DNA from: Nitrosopumilaceae archaeon
Lineage (GTDB): Archaea > Thermoproteota > Nitrososphaeria > Nitrososphaerales > Nitrosopumilaceae
Length of the DNA stretch: 64,000 bases
Direction of reading: 5' to 3'
Assembly (NCBI GenBank): GCA_965200155.1
Contig: CBDATR010000009.1
Coordinates: 64,001 to 128,000, forward strand
The notes below the pieces were generated by a model that worked only from the letters and a program-made list of their open reading frames with translations, ran no database searches and was not told the origin of the DNA. Numbering within the stretch: the stretch's first letter is position 1; the number at the start of each line of letters is the position of its first letter. Of the stretch, positions 33,467 to 45,800 are shown in pieces. The position numbers were made by a program, and so were the translations under genes.

Positions 33467-34716
33467 TATTCGTCGCTAGACATATCTTTGGAAACCTTAC
33501 GACTGCGCCGGATCAGTTCCAGTAGTTTTGGTGCCGGAACCAGCGCGAGTTTGTCGTTATCTGTTTCCCATCCTAGGCCCGATTCGGCAGCGCGGGTTAC
33601 GGCCATATCCAATATCTCTGTAGTACTGGTTTGGGTTAGATTCACCGGAATGTTTGAGCCGTCTCTCTTTAATAGCTCAATAGTTGGCTCGCCGGTAGGA
33701 ATTAAAAGACAACGTGAGCGCAGATCATAATCATTCGCGTATTGATATGCTATAGCTGCAATACCCAATGCGGCAATGGCCGTGCGTGCATTTATGGATG
33801 CCTCAGCACTGACATCTTTGAACTGCAGACGGCGCAGAGAAACAAAAGATAACAAAATTGTCTGAAGAGCTCCGGATATAGTAACGCCGCCAGATGTAGA
33901 ATCTATTTGAGGTGGTATATTACCATGGTTTATCTTGGAAGGTTGACCGGGCTTACCATCAGAGCCACGGGCTGCATATACCGGTTTTTTATGTTTATCT
34001 TTCTCTGCCTCATCTTCTTCGGTAGTCCATACCTCATCTTTGTTGTTATGATTGTATATACGATCCTCATCAGCAAGTCTTTCTATTTGTAGGGGATCAA
34101 TACGACTAGATACTTTGACACCCACACTGGCATCAAAACCCATAATTTCGGATACATAAGATCGTTGGAACTTGGATCCCAAACCGCCTTTTGGGCCAGT
34201 GGAATCCCACATCCCAAACAGAATAGATGTGGGCGAATATTTGTACAAGGCTATTGCATTACGGGGAGTAGTATTAGTAATAGCCCGACCCACATCTGAC
34301 AGGCGAAATAATGTGCCATCCAAGAGACTGTCCCGGAATATAGCATCGGCAATCCGGTGCGGAGTTTCCAGTACGGTCAGCTTTTCATAGTCGATGTCTT
34401 CGTGTTGGGTAAAATCAACATATGGAACAGGAAACTTCAGGGCACCAGATTTCCACCCATCCAACAAGGCTAGTTCTGCTCGGTTGGCTTCCGCAGCTAC
34501 TGAATTGAGCAGAACTGCTGTTTTGCCCGAACGATCTTCTATAGCATATTTTGTCTTTTCGTTGGGTCCAACCAAGTATGTAGGTGGGAATACCTTATCG
34601 TCGGTACCACCTGCTGGTTGCAGACTTGTACTAGAACGCAAAGCCACAGCACCGCCAGAGACTGCCTCTCGCAGTTGTTCGTATGTAATATCCACATTCA
34701 TCACACCATTAGGCAC
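33466..34716 (-). CDS. csb1: Csb1 (Cas7 backbone), type I-G
   Basis: LQPAGG..DKVFPPTY, SV..EANR.E, PHRIADA, PTSILFGMWDS, HGNIPP and LRSRCLL motifs. Confidence 0.93.
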   Translation of the reverse strand: MPNGVMNVDITYEQLREAVSGGAVALRSSTSLQPAGGTDDKVFPPTYLVGPNEKTKYAIEDRSGKTAVLLNSVAAEANRAELALLDGWKSGALKFPVPYVDFTQHEDIDYEKLTVLETPHRIADAIFRDSLLDGTLFRLSDVGRAITNTTPRNAIALYKYSPTSILFGMWDSTGPKGGLGSKFQRSYVSEIMGFDASVGVKVSSRIDPLQIERLADEDRIYNHNNKDEVWTTEEDEAEKDKHKKPVYAARGSDGKPGQPSKINHGNIPPQIDSTSGGVTISGALQTILLSFVSLRRLQFKDVSAEASINARTAIAALGIAAIAYQYANDYDLRSRCLLIPTGEPTIELLKRDGSNIPVNLTQTSTTEILDMAVTRAAESGLGWETDNDKLALVPAPKLLELIRRSRKVSKDMSSDE

Positions 34717-34875
34717 TATTTATAGTATAACAAGCATGTATGACCATATCTACTTTGGGAACATACACATGATGATTAAGTTTTGGCGGGCCACACATCA
34801 AGACACATGCTAATTTAGATAGTGGATCCTGTTCTGTCCGTTTGAATCTTTGGTAGCATGGGATGCTCAACGGCA

Positions 34876-35360
34876 GTATGAGTTCACGTGATTGGTGTAA
34901 CTGCATTCTATTACAGAAAGGCCCGGTGTGGACTTTATCTGGCCGGGAATCATCCCCGGAACATGTCCATGAATGATTCCATCCCTTCTGCAGAATGGCT
35001 CCGGCCTCAATTTGAGCGAACGGCTTTGATCCGGGCGTGATCGGGATCTATACCCGGGTATCACACAACTGGTACTCTTTAGTCATCAAACCGGCTGTAC
35101 TCCCCGGTAACCGTCCATTGCATCATCCAAATCTAGGAACGATTCCCCGCCATTTCGCACACATGATTCTTTGGAACCATTACTGGAACCAATTGGACCG
35201 CATACACATTCTAGTTCCGTTATGTGTACTCTGTGGGAATAGGATATGCGCCAGCCTTACTGTTTTTCACTGCTGCTTGAGGGATTGGATATGAGTCAGG
35301 TTATGATTACCAACTAAACGCATACACGTTCCTGGAAGGGTTCATCACGTGAACTCATAC
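34876..35360. mobile_element. Non-autonomous element bounded by TIRs GTATGAGTTCACGTGA (larger relative of the MITE; IS1595-like remnant)
   Basis: 16-bp perfect inverted ends. The interior is homologous to 56100-56660. No TSD seen. Confidence 0.7.
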
Positions 35361-35363
35361 ATA

Positions 35364-36637
35364 AACTTGGTTTAAACGTGTAAGGTGGGGCAAGTGATTC
35401 TGCGCATACGGTCCAATATCACGGAAATTATGGACAGATATTTTGCAAAAATTTCTTGTATCTGGTATGCTTGTGCATAATGTGCAAATTATGCAACCCG
35501 GATACTACGAGTAGATCTTCCCGGAATTCATCACGACTACCATCATATACCTGACTTAATCTACGATATACCTTTAGCATTCGAATTACATGCTCGATTA
35601 ATATGCACCTTTTTGATATAGTTTGGTTGTATTTCCTTTCAGTTTTAGTGAGGGATTCCCCACTCCTGTATGGAATTATGACCTTTGCGCAGGGTAGGAA
35701 GTCTTTCATCCCCTGGTATCCTGCATCTGCTATTACTGTTATCTTATCAGATGGCGGCGTGGTTGATTCTTTTAGGGACTTGCCACCGAGGGGAATATCA
35801 TTCTTGAATATACCATAATCGTGTCTTTTTCCCTCATATACTCCACTGATGTGAATTATCAGTCTTGTTTGATGTGTTCTGTACGTTGTATGGGTGGGTT
35901 TTTTGTTTACCAGAGTACATTGCCTCGTGATTTTTTTCAGGACGTTGTACGCGTACATGTGTCCTGCCAGTCTTTATCTCCCCTCCGGCTCGGCCTGGAA
36001 CAATTTCCTTAAAGTCCGATGCTGACTTGATTTGTGATATTGCTTTTGCAACGGTATAGGCCGTTGGGAGTATCTTGATCAGTCCCTGCTTTGTAAACTG
36101 GATGTAACGACATATGTTTGACTGGTTTATCTTGAGTATTGCTGCCAGCAGCTCCTGCTTTGTATTGCAGCGCAGACGTATCAGTGTAACTAAGAGTACA
36201 TGCCTAATGGAAACGTGCCCGCGATCATTTGTAAACTCCATGAATCGCCGTGCATCATCGCCTTCCGTGGACTCTACGTATTCTGGGAACTGGTTAGTAT
36301 CCATTTGAACTCTTCCGGGGCACATCCGGTCAGGGAATGAAGCTGATCCTTGCGTTCTATGATGTCATCAAGATTTGAAACGAGGGCATTCTTTGTTTGA
36401 GCTTCAAGTTCGCCATGCAGGTTTGTTACTTCGGCCTCGGTGCGTAGCCGGTTGTACTCTGTGACTAACTGCTCCTTGGTGAGTTCTTCTGCTTTTAGCA
36501 TACCTGGTACTACAAAATTAGGTCTTTTCTGTTTCACACGAGTCTGTGGGAAAACCCATGATACTAGATCAATTGCTCGCATCTAACAACTTGGTTTAGA
36601 CGTGCAGAGTGGGAGAAGTGATTCTGCGCATACGGTC
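35364..36637. repeat. 50-bp imperfect direct repeat pair (35364-35413 and 36588-36637)
   Basis: AACTTGGTTTA.ACGTG.A..GTGGG..AAGTGATTCTGCGCATACGGTC, 44/50 identical by manual alignment. Confidence 0.85.
35428..36582 (-). pseudogene. IS5-like (DDE_Tnp_4 + HTH) transposase, frameshifted into three ORFs
   Basis: HTH-like LLVTLIRLR..KQELLA..L.INQSNICRYI and the motifs YSGKQK, G.RHD, ADAGYQG and YNQ.ISK..IEH..LK. It is flanked by 50-bp direct repeats. Confidence 0.8.
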
Positions 36638-36752
36638 TAATGACAAGGATGGAAATCCCCGAGCCACCACAGATGTGATAAGAAATGAGCACCGTTTTCT
36701 TTAGAGCGATTCTTTGAGCTGGTTAATCCCGGCTGTAATTTTAACAATGGGA

Positions 36753-39428
36753 CTATATGTACCCGTCCAGATTTCTCTGGTTGGTGTTGTATGATTCTGA
36801 TCTTCCTGCTCTGAATGCCTCTAGTTCCCGCTTTTCTGCCGTCTCTACATGTACATCTGACCGGGCGGCCCCTGCCTCTATTATGGCCTGTATTATACTC
36901 CAAAACTGGGAGTTATTTTTTGTGGTTTGTAGTAACTCATCCATCTCATCATTCCTTTGATCACGCCACAGTTGCAATGCCTTGTGTAGTATGTCTATTA
37001 CATTCTTTGTACGTATGTCTTTTTCACGCCGTGTTGAGTCCAGCATTGTTATGGCCTGGCCGGTCTTTTTGAGTACATTACCGATATAATCATAGATGTT
37101 CAGGCCCACCCCGATGAATAACTTACGCGCATCATCATAGGGAACCATTCCATCACCATACGCCCACCGCCACGATATGTACAACTTTGACATTGCATCT
37201 ATATCCCCTACATCTTCGTTGATTAGTGTCTTGACTATGTGATCAGAGCATATCTCTCGTATATCTGAAAGCATGTCACTGACGGTGACCGTACTGCCAT
37301 CATTATCGCGTATAACACGCTCATACTTGCCAAACACCTCGCATGACGCACCTATGGCGGAAATGTAAAAATCGGCGCCGCCTATACCTTGACTCATGAA
37401 CTGATCCAGCTTAGAACATACATGCGCCCGCAGCTCTTCCCGAACATTCCCATAGTACGCTTTGGACTGCTTCTCCCACTTGCGGCCGACCATGTATATT
37501 GAGGATGCCAGTGCTGCTTTGTTTTGTGCACTCATTCTACTCTTACTTTCAGTGTCTATCGGCCATGCTGCCGTCACCACGAACCCTGCATCCAGCATAG
37601 CCTGTATGAGTGCCTCCCATCCGTCTGTCGATTTGTGTGTATATACCAGTGTTAGAATGCCGTCCTGTTTAAGAACACGATACATCTCTTTTAATGAATG
37701 GGTCATCAAATGTTGGTAGCCATCCTTATTACGTAGTATACTACTAGTACGGGAAAGGTTACTCACAAGTCCTGTTGTCTGTACTGCTTCCTCACGATCC
37801 GGCGACGACACACCTCTGAACAACTTTTCATACATTGGTAAGTGACCCACCACTCGCTTCAACCACACGTAGAAAAAGTCTGCTATCTTGGAGTAATGTA
37901 TGGAATCATAGTATGGTGGGTCGGTGCATATAACATCAAAAAATTTATTCTCATAGGGAAGCTTAGTGGCCGAGCCCCTTTGGACTTTATATATACTACC
38001 ATCTGCCCCTGAAAGCGCCGCCTTTAGTCCTTCCAACACGGACTTGGTGCTATTATGCCATACAGGATATAAGTTGAGTTCCGCATAGTCTGTAATTGGT
38101 TTAAGAGCATGTGACGAAAAACAGGGCACACCCCTCTCGTTTACGGCTTCCCAACGTGACAGCCTACAGTATTTTTCAACGGTTCTGTCTAATATGAGCG
38201 CCACATATGACATAATCACACATCCATAATCCTCACCATATCGTTCTATGAGTTGCGCCTCGGCCCGCCGGAGTATATCCAATAGAGTCACCAAACATAA
38301 TAATTGCCGTGTGTTAAACAAGTGCTCCCAGCGTGTATAACCGTGTTTCACAATCAGTGTAGAATGCCAATTCGGCCCATCCTTATGATATTCCTTCCCG
38401 TCTGGTGTTGGTATGATATCTGTTGGTATGGGGTCTACTCCATACTTTGTCCTAAATTGTGCACGGCGGCGCTCAAGTTCGACCGCGCATTGTTCATATA
38501 ATGTGATGTCATCTTCATCTATCTCAATATAGAACCGCCCTTGTTTCTTTGGGTGTGTATATATGGCAACTAGCATCTGCTCACCACCTAGCATGGTATG
38601 CATCTCTTTGTTGGTATATGTGTGACCACACACCAAACACTTGATAACATTACCCCCTATTGACCCCATTTTAGGGTCAAAGCCATCAGGTATGGTGTCA
38701 TATGGCCCGCCCACAACATCAAACTTACCGTCTGCCTTTGGACATAGGTGAATGTTACGTCCTCTTGATGTTTCATATGATTTTACCAGTGGTATAGTCG
38801 CCCCACAAATACATGGGATGGTGCGGCACCATCTGTACCCATAGAGGTCATACGTCATACCGTCATCCATCTCAATACTGGGATAGATTTCTTTAACCAT
38901 CTCGTGAATCTCCTGCTGTATTATCTCTGCCACATCTTGCACATCCTTGAGAAGTTTAACTCCATATCTGGCTGGGTATTCTAATGTACATTTTTGTATG
39001 AATACCGCAACCGGATTATAGTCCATACTGTGCGACTCGCACCCAAGCCAGCCAGCTGCAAACGGTATGGCACCGGAACCCCCGAATGGGTCCAGTACTT
39101 TTGGTGTATCATCCCCCCAGACCTTTCGTATATGACCCCGTATGCGCTCCCGGATGTCAGGTTTAGTATAGTCGGTAGACTTGACATAATCATACATGTC
39201 TCGCAACACTTCCTCATGGTCAGGTAGTGGGGGCGACACCAAGGCAGCATACGTAGTTATTCGGGAGACATTGGTAGGTCGCGTAGCCCACCAGCGATGT
39301 AGGTTGTTTATTCTTCCATTTCCTCTATTCTTCTCTTTAGCCCCGGCCTCGGATATCTTCTGTATGGGAAGCATCTCGCCGATAAGCCGCCGCTCACCAG
39401 CTTTCGTCTTCCTTGTATTCCCAGTCAT
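36753..39428 (-). CDS. DUF1156-domain adenine DNA methyltransferase with Zn ribbon
   Basis: LHRWWATRP, VLDPFGGSGAIP, DYNPVA, CxC/CxxC, TDPPYYD and ADFFYVWLKR motifs. Confidence 0.9.
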   Translation of the reverse strand: MTGNTRKTKAGERRLIGEMLPIQKISEAGAKEKNRGNGRINNLHRWWATRPTNVSRITTYAALVSPPLPDHEEVLRDMYDYVKSTDYTKPDIRERIRGHIRKVWGDDTPKVLDPFGGSGAIPFAAGWLGCESHSMDYNPVAVFIQKCTLEYPARYGVKLLKDVQDVAEIIQQEIHEMVKEIYPSIEMDDGMTYDLYGYRWCRTIPCICGATIPLVKSYETSRGRNIHLCPKADGKFDVVGGPYDTIPDGFDPKMGSIGGNVIKCLVCGHTYTNKEMHTMLGGEQMLVAIYTHPKKQGRFYIEIDEDDITLYEQCAVELERRRAQFRTKYGVDPIPTDIIPTPDGKEYHKDGPNWHSTLIVKHGYTRWEHLFNTRQLLCLVTLLDILRRAEAQLIERYGEDYGCVIMSYVALILDRTVEKYCRLSRWEAVNERGVPCFSSHALKPITDYAELNLYPVWHNSTKSVLEGLKAALSGADGSIYKVQRGSATKLPYENKFFDVICTDPPYYDSIHYSKIADFFYVWLKRVVGHLPMYEKLFRGVSSPDREEAVQTTGLVSNLSRTSSILRNKDGYQHLMTHSLKEMYRVLKQDGILTLVYTHKSTDGWEALIQAMLDAGFVVTAAWPIDTESKSRMSAQNKAALASSIYMVGRKWEKQSKAYYGNVREELRAHVCSKLDQFMSQGIGGADFYISAIGASCEVFGKYERVIRDNDGSTVTVSDMLSDIREICSDHIVKTLINEDVGDIDAMSKLYISWRWAYGDGMVPYDDARKLFIGVGLNIYDYIGNVLKKTGQAITMLDSTRREKDIRTKNVIDILHKALQLWRDQRNDEMDELLQTTKNNSQFWSIIQAIIEAGAARSDVHVETAEKRELEAFRAGRSESYNTNQRNLDGYI

Positions 39429-41803
39429 GAGATATACTTTCCTTTATGTCATCAGCCACTTTCCTTGGTATCTTACCATTCACATCCAATTGTATGTTGA
39501 ACTCATTCCCACTCTTTTGATCAACGTTGAACTTTAGCGTGGTGGTGGCGACATCATTCAGTGTATTAAATAGACCACCGACCCAGTTCAAATTCTCCCG
39601 GTCAATTACACCGCTACAATGCACACCATCGATTGGAGGGGATTCGGTGACGTCCACTTCAGACTGCCCGATTGTGGTATGGACAGACCCTGTCAAATCA
39701 ACAGGCGGCTTCCTTGTCGGCGACTCTGCCGCCCTTGTCGGCGGCTTCCTTGTCGGCGACTCTGCCGCCCTTGTCATTGCATCCCTGACCACGCTCAACG
39801 ATGCTGGGCGGCGCTCCCCACAAGTTCTCATCATTGAGTCGAATTTATCCTCCGGAGTGCCATCATACTTGTCAAACAGTCCAGAGTCTAACCGCTCTGA
39901 TATCTGGTACACACCTACTAGTTTCTCCCAGATGACATCACCCAGAGGCCGCTTCTCATCCTTGGGGTGCGTGCTCGATATGTTACACTTTTGAATGGTA
40001 TCGTTCCTGTTGGGCAGCCACACGTCGGCGTATTTTTTATGTAGTCCACTCTCTATGCCCCCTTGGCATCCCTTCTCCGCCTTGTCCAGTATGGCTTTAT
40101 CTACTGGCTTTAACGGTGTTCTTTGGCGCACGGCCTGTATTGCTAATAATTCCCGTATGGCATTTTGTAATACACCATCTACACCAGGTAGAATGAATAC
40201 AAGCGCATTCTGGTTAACACGAGCACTCTTGGTGGTGATATTTGTGACTGTCTTTTTACAGTAATCGATATCCGCTGTTCTCATTATGATTAATTGTAAC
40301 CCCGGAATGTCCTCTATCTTGGTGGTGTGATCTGGCCACACGTATGTGCGACGGAACTTGGAGCCCGCACGCTTTTGTAGTATTTCATGTTCCATAGCAT
40401 CTGTATCGCTAACACTACGTTTTGCACGGTCAAGTACCGAGTTTATGTTCTCATTACTAGTGAACCTGAACATTTGGTCGTCTGTCAGTTCCAAATAGAA
40501 CAGTTGGTGGCGCAGCGTCTCCAACATGTCACCTACCTGATGGTGGCCGCACACAGTAGTGAACGCGGCCCGTTTTACATCATCACGTGTGGCACCCTTG
40601 TGCTCGGCGGGAAATGAATACATGAATATTGCACGGGCCACTCGTACGGCATTCCCCCCCCCCCCGTACGGCTCCAGACTGTTTTGAAATTATATCAGAA
40701 TGTATGAGGGATTCCACATTCTCCCCAGCGTGTAGTAAAAGCTCTTTTCGTATTACATCGACACGCAAGTCTATATCAGATAATGTAATGTATGGTCGTT
40801 CTGACTTTAATAATGAGTGTACTACACTTGATAACAGCCGCAGAACGCCGCGCGTACGCTGGAATGAAGGGTAGTTTCCCCATCTCTCATATAATACATC
40901 TATCACATCCGGTGTGAATGGATAGGTAGCACGGAATCGTTCTGTGTAATCGTCTGCCTCACTTTGTGAGATAGAGTGACCCTCAACACACTGCTCTACA
41001 TACTCTTGTATTATGTCGTCGGCGCGGTCCATAATGATATCCTCGCCGGTCTTGAACAATCTGCGGCGTATTATATGTGGAATATCCGCGCTACTGGAAA
41101 CGGTTATGATCTGTTTCTGTCGACCGGCCACTCGTTGAACTTGGCCATAATATTCCTTTTCTATCACCTCGTCGCGGTCAGGTAGGCTTATCACCACACA
41201 TACACGTGGCAACTGCCCCACCTTGTTGAACAGTTTTTGTAGAAAGTTAACAGTCTGTATCGCCATATTAGAATCGCCTACGGTCACCCCCTTTGAGCCA
41301 TCAAAATAGTGAGATATCTCATCTATCAATATTAGAACGGGTTTCTCCCTATCCAGAAGCTCAAGTATGGCCGTGCCGCCCGGTGCCACCTTACCAGACA
41401 TTTTATCAACATTCCCGTCCAGTTGCCGCTCTATCTCGCCCCAGACAGTATCTGTGGACGGATCAAGATCAGCGCCGTCTATCACTATTGGAATGACATC
41501 CCAGTCCTTACACATGTGGTACATTGCCATCATAGAATGGGTCTTACCTCCACCGAAACTGGTCTCTATCTGACGGAACCCGTTACCTCTACCCTCGTGT
41601 AACCTGATCCTAATGTTCTCTAGCGCCTCCTCCATCCCCCTTGTGCGGTATGTTAGCTTGTCAAACTCTTTTTTATTCCAGTATGGTTTTCCTGCATCAC
41701 TGTGCCGGAGTAAATCACCTAGGCTAGCGGCATAAACACTCTTGTCCATGATTCCCTCCCGAACGTCAGTACGGGGTTCCACCATTTCGTAGAATGACTC
41801 CAC
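39394..41803 (-). pseudogene. DUF499 AAA+ ATPase, split by a frameshift in a G12 run (possibly phase-variable)
   Basis: Walker A TSFGGGKTH, Walker B LILIDE, IIRRRLF, YPF.P and FQRTRGVLRLL, continuing as ARAIFMYS in the next frame. The C12 run is at 40654-40665. Confidence 0.85.
39704..39775. repeat. Perfect 36-bp tandem duplication (TRAAESPTRKPP x2)
   Basis: GGCGGCTTCCTTGTCGGCGACTCTGCCGCCCTTGTC occurs at 39704 and 39740. Confidence 0.95.
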
Positions 41804-41853
41804 ACCAGCATGGCATGAGGTCGATATTTATTTTTTTACTCGCCGGCGCCGAA

Positions 41854-42811
41854 TGTAATGTATGAAAAGTCGGTCCGCTAGTCATTGACATCCCGCTCCA
41901 TCCATTTTGCATCATTTGCCCTAATTGTCTGGGTCGCCTTTTTATTCCTGGAGTGGTGTTTCGCCGTTATCTATATCCAGTGAGACGTGCAACCTTCTCT
42001 CATTGTAGTAGTCCACATAACCCCGGAGACTGTCATAATGCCATATCTCGTTGGACTCTTAAATAAGAGTCCCCTCGTCCTCAATCATTCCATGGAAGCG
42101 CTCCAGTTTGCCATTTGTCTGCGGGTGGTATGGTCTGGAATTGATTAGTATGATGTCTTGATTCAGCAGTTCTTCCTCGAATAGTGTGGGTTTCCAGTTA
42201 TTTTTGCCCTTTTATTGTCCTACGAAACACGCGCCGTTATCCGAGATGCAGGGGCGCCGAATCGTTTCATTGCCAGTCTCAGTAATAGAGTGGCGTTCTC
42301 TGAGGTCGCATGCTCAAATAGTGCCGCCCCGACGATTTACCTAGATGCATCATCTATGAGATTCAGTCCCCCCTGAAGCGCTCATCTTTTCATGACATGC
42401 CAGTGCCACATTGCATTGGAATATTTACGCTCATAGCGTACCCACTCTGACTTGTGATGATCCTGTCGTGCCGTTCTTTTTCATTATGCGATATACTACG
42501 CGATATATTGTAATTCTGTCTAAGCCTCTTTGCAATACGTACTACTCCGGCGGGATCCTTGCTGTATGCTTCAGTTACCATTCGTATCTGGGTGGCGGTG
42601 ATTGGTATCATGGGTCTGCCCATCTTTACTCGAGTCGTTCCCGTCCTCTGGTTCACAATCTTCGTACGTATCTTGTCTCAGGTCTTGAGCTATTTTGGTG
42701 GTGGCAACGCCTCTTGTCTTGATTCCTCTGTTATTCTCTTTACCATCTGGCTTGTGTAATCTGAACTACTGTACGCCGGATCCTAAGCGAACTTACTTTT
42801 CGTACTATTGA
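41854..42811 (-). mobile_element. IS481-family element remnant (copy 1)
   Basis: Decayed rve integrase-core motifs (RYERKYSNAMWH, DDASR, PYHPQTNGKLERFH) and a TGTAATG end. Homologous to 52617-53690 and 58686-59819. Confidence 0.8.
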
Positions 42812-42865
42812 TGATGGCTCTGCCGTTGAATCGAATATAAGTGGCCTCCCTTCTGTGGTTATAGC

Positions 42866-45800
42866 ATGGCCGAGGAAGTGAAACTAACACAGCTGAAACC
42901 ATACACAATGATAGAGGGACCCATGTGGACCGGACCGGTAACTTTCCGCATGATGGGACATGATTCGACGTCCATTTTCATAGAAAAAGATGGTGTCTTA
43001 AAGGAGATTCACATAGAAGAAACCGGACACGGCATAAAGTTGGCTAAACAAAAACAAGGTGAGCCGTGGAAGGCGTTCTTGGCGGTAGAAAGGCTTCGTC
43101 ATAAACATGCAATGAATATCGACACCGAGGGGTCGGCTGATCAGCTACCGCATCAGCTCAAGACCATATACCAGGTGTCTGGGGAATCGGGTAGAATAAG
43201 ATACATGATAGCTGATGAGCCCGGCGGTGGAAAAACCATCGTTGCCAGCAGAATAATCCAGGAATTACTCATACAGAAGCAGGTGCGGCGGGTATTAGTA
43301 GTTGTTCCCGCGCTGCTAAAGTACCAGTGGAAGGAGGAATTAAAGAAGTTCGTGAATATAGATAGCCGCGTCATAGAGAGTGGTACACAAGGATACACCA
43401 ACCCGTGGCTGTCAAATGATGTACCTGTACTAATAACATCCATGGATTATGCCAAAACAGAAAGGCAGAAACAATTACTGGAACAGGTCGAGTTCGATTT
43501 GGTGGTTATAGATGAGGCACATAACCTCAATGCCACCACCAAGAAAGCTACAGAACGATATCATCTAGCCGAGCTACTAGGCCGGATAACACGTCACATG
43601 ATATTCCTGACGGCAACGCCACACCGGGGCAAACCGGATAACTTTAGGCTATTACTGAAATTATTGGAGCCGGATTTATTTAGTAACAAAAAAATGACCG
43701 CGGAGGATGTTTTCAATACCAAAGATCGGCTGTTCATACGACACTCAAAGGATGAGATGGTTGACATGGACAACAACAAGCTATTCCGCGATAGAAGTGT
43801 TAGAACAATCAAGTACAACATGTCATCAATAGAGCAGAGGCTATATGAGACTGTTACAGATTATGTGAGTCGTCAGTATAACTTACAAATGGGCCGTGAT
43901 GCCAACCAGATAGCCACATTTGCTGTTCTAATAATACAGAAACGGATGGCTTCCAGCACACACGCCCTCCTGGAATCGCTCAAGAACCGGCGGAAAAAGC
44001 TTGGTGATAAATTGGAAAAATGGGATGGACCGATGAAAAATCACAGTATTGATGACATTGATGATATGGACGAGGATGATTTAGACGACGTGGAAGAAAA
44101 AGCCGCCGGGTACACATCTGCACTCTCTTATGATGAGTTGGAGGCCGAGTTGAATGAACTTGATGGATTAATAGAGTTAGCCAAGGAAGCAACTAGAAAG
44201 AAACCAGACACAAAATTGAAAAAACTAATCGAGGAAATACGCGGCATTGGTGATGATAAGTTACTGATATTCAGTGAGTATAAGGACACACTGGATTATC
44301 TAGAGAGAAAAATATCAGAGATTCGTCATAATGATGGAACCCCATATGAGATATGTCGCATAGATGGGACGATGAAGATGCGCGAGCGTGAGGACGCACA
44401 GAAGAAATTCCGCGGCACCGCACAGATAATGTTAGCAACAGATGCCGCGCGCGAAGGTATCAACCTACAATTCTGTCATAGAATGATAAATTATGACCTG
44501 CCATGGACACCCATATCATTAGAGCAGCGCATGGGCAGGTTGCATAGATACGGTCAGGAACATGATGTGGTAATATCAAATTTGGTGGCGGATGGAACGC
44601 GAGAGGGACACGTGATGGAGACATTATTTGAAAAGATACACGAAATTGAACAACAATATCCTACATTCAACGTCATGGGACAAGTCTTGGCCGGGGGTGA
44701 CTTGAAGGGATTAATGACAGATGCCATACAGAGTGGCCCCACACAAGACATAGGCGATAAGGTGGATAAGGCCGCAGAACGTGCCAAGGAAGTTGATGAA
44801 ATGCTAGGCCGTACACCAATAGACGTTGAGGATGTCAAGAATAGGATGAACATGATCAAGGAACAACGCACCGATGGGAAATACCTAATTAACATGGTCG
44901 AGGAATTATTCCGCAGCCTGGGCGGCTCAATACGTCAGGTTGGCGAACATACAAAGATGGATGTGCCGGAAGCTATACGGTACGGCCCATTTACCAAGAG
45001 GTATATGCGATTTAAATCTACACCCATTACGTTGCTGGCGCGTAGTGGCAAAATATACGACCACATAGAAGAGTGGATTGCAAAGCACTGCTCCGGTGAC
45101 CTAAAGAATGGTTCTGTGTTCCGGGATCCCGGCGGCTTTGACGGATATATCATATTCCATACAATACCAATCTGTGACAAGAGTATGAGAAAAGTGGCTA
45201 GCCTGTTCACGGCACATAAATACGCGGACGGGGTTACGGTAGTGGCTCCATACGTACTACACGGTTTGAAATATGAGAGTGAGGATGTAGGTACAGCGCC
45301 ACATGACATACAGAAAGCAGTCAGGGAGATGGGACGCGCCGAGACGGACAAAATGATCATGGAGCGGAAGAAGATATGGGATCATCGCACCAAAGCCGCC
45401 AAAGAGCGTATGCAGAATGAGATAAAAGAGATACAGAAAGAGATGAGTAGTACCGGATTTGGTTCCGAATGGAATGAGTTGGCTGCAAGACGGGATAATC
45501 TAAAGCGGAGAATAAAGGAGGTGGAAGATGAGCGAGAGAATGCGGTTACACTTACACCATACGAGCCCACAATGGAGGGGTGGGTCAGGGTGATACCTGA
45601 CGGAAAACATAATGGTAGTAATACAGAGAAGATTGGCATAGATACAAGTATGAAACATGAGCGAGATGAGGGATTTGTTGTACAGGATGTACAAGGTGAG
45701 TATGGTCGTGGATATGACTTGATATCTGAAAATAAAGACGGATGGCGGCGCGAGATAGAGGTAAAGGCATTATGTAATAGTGCCGCTGTCCATTTCACAC

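Noticed and set aside
44909-44919. TTCCGCAGCCT match to the CRISPR repeat inside the SNF2 gene
   Set aside because: Only 11 nt, in intact coding sequence, with no duplication or insert; compatible with chance.
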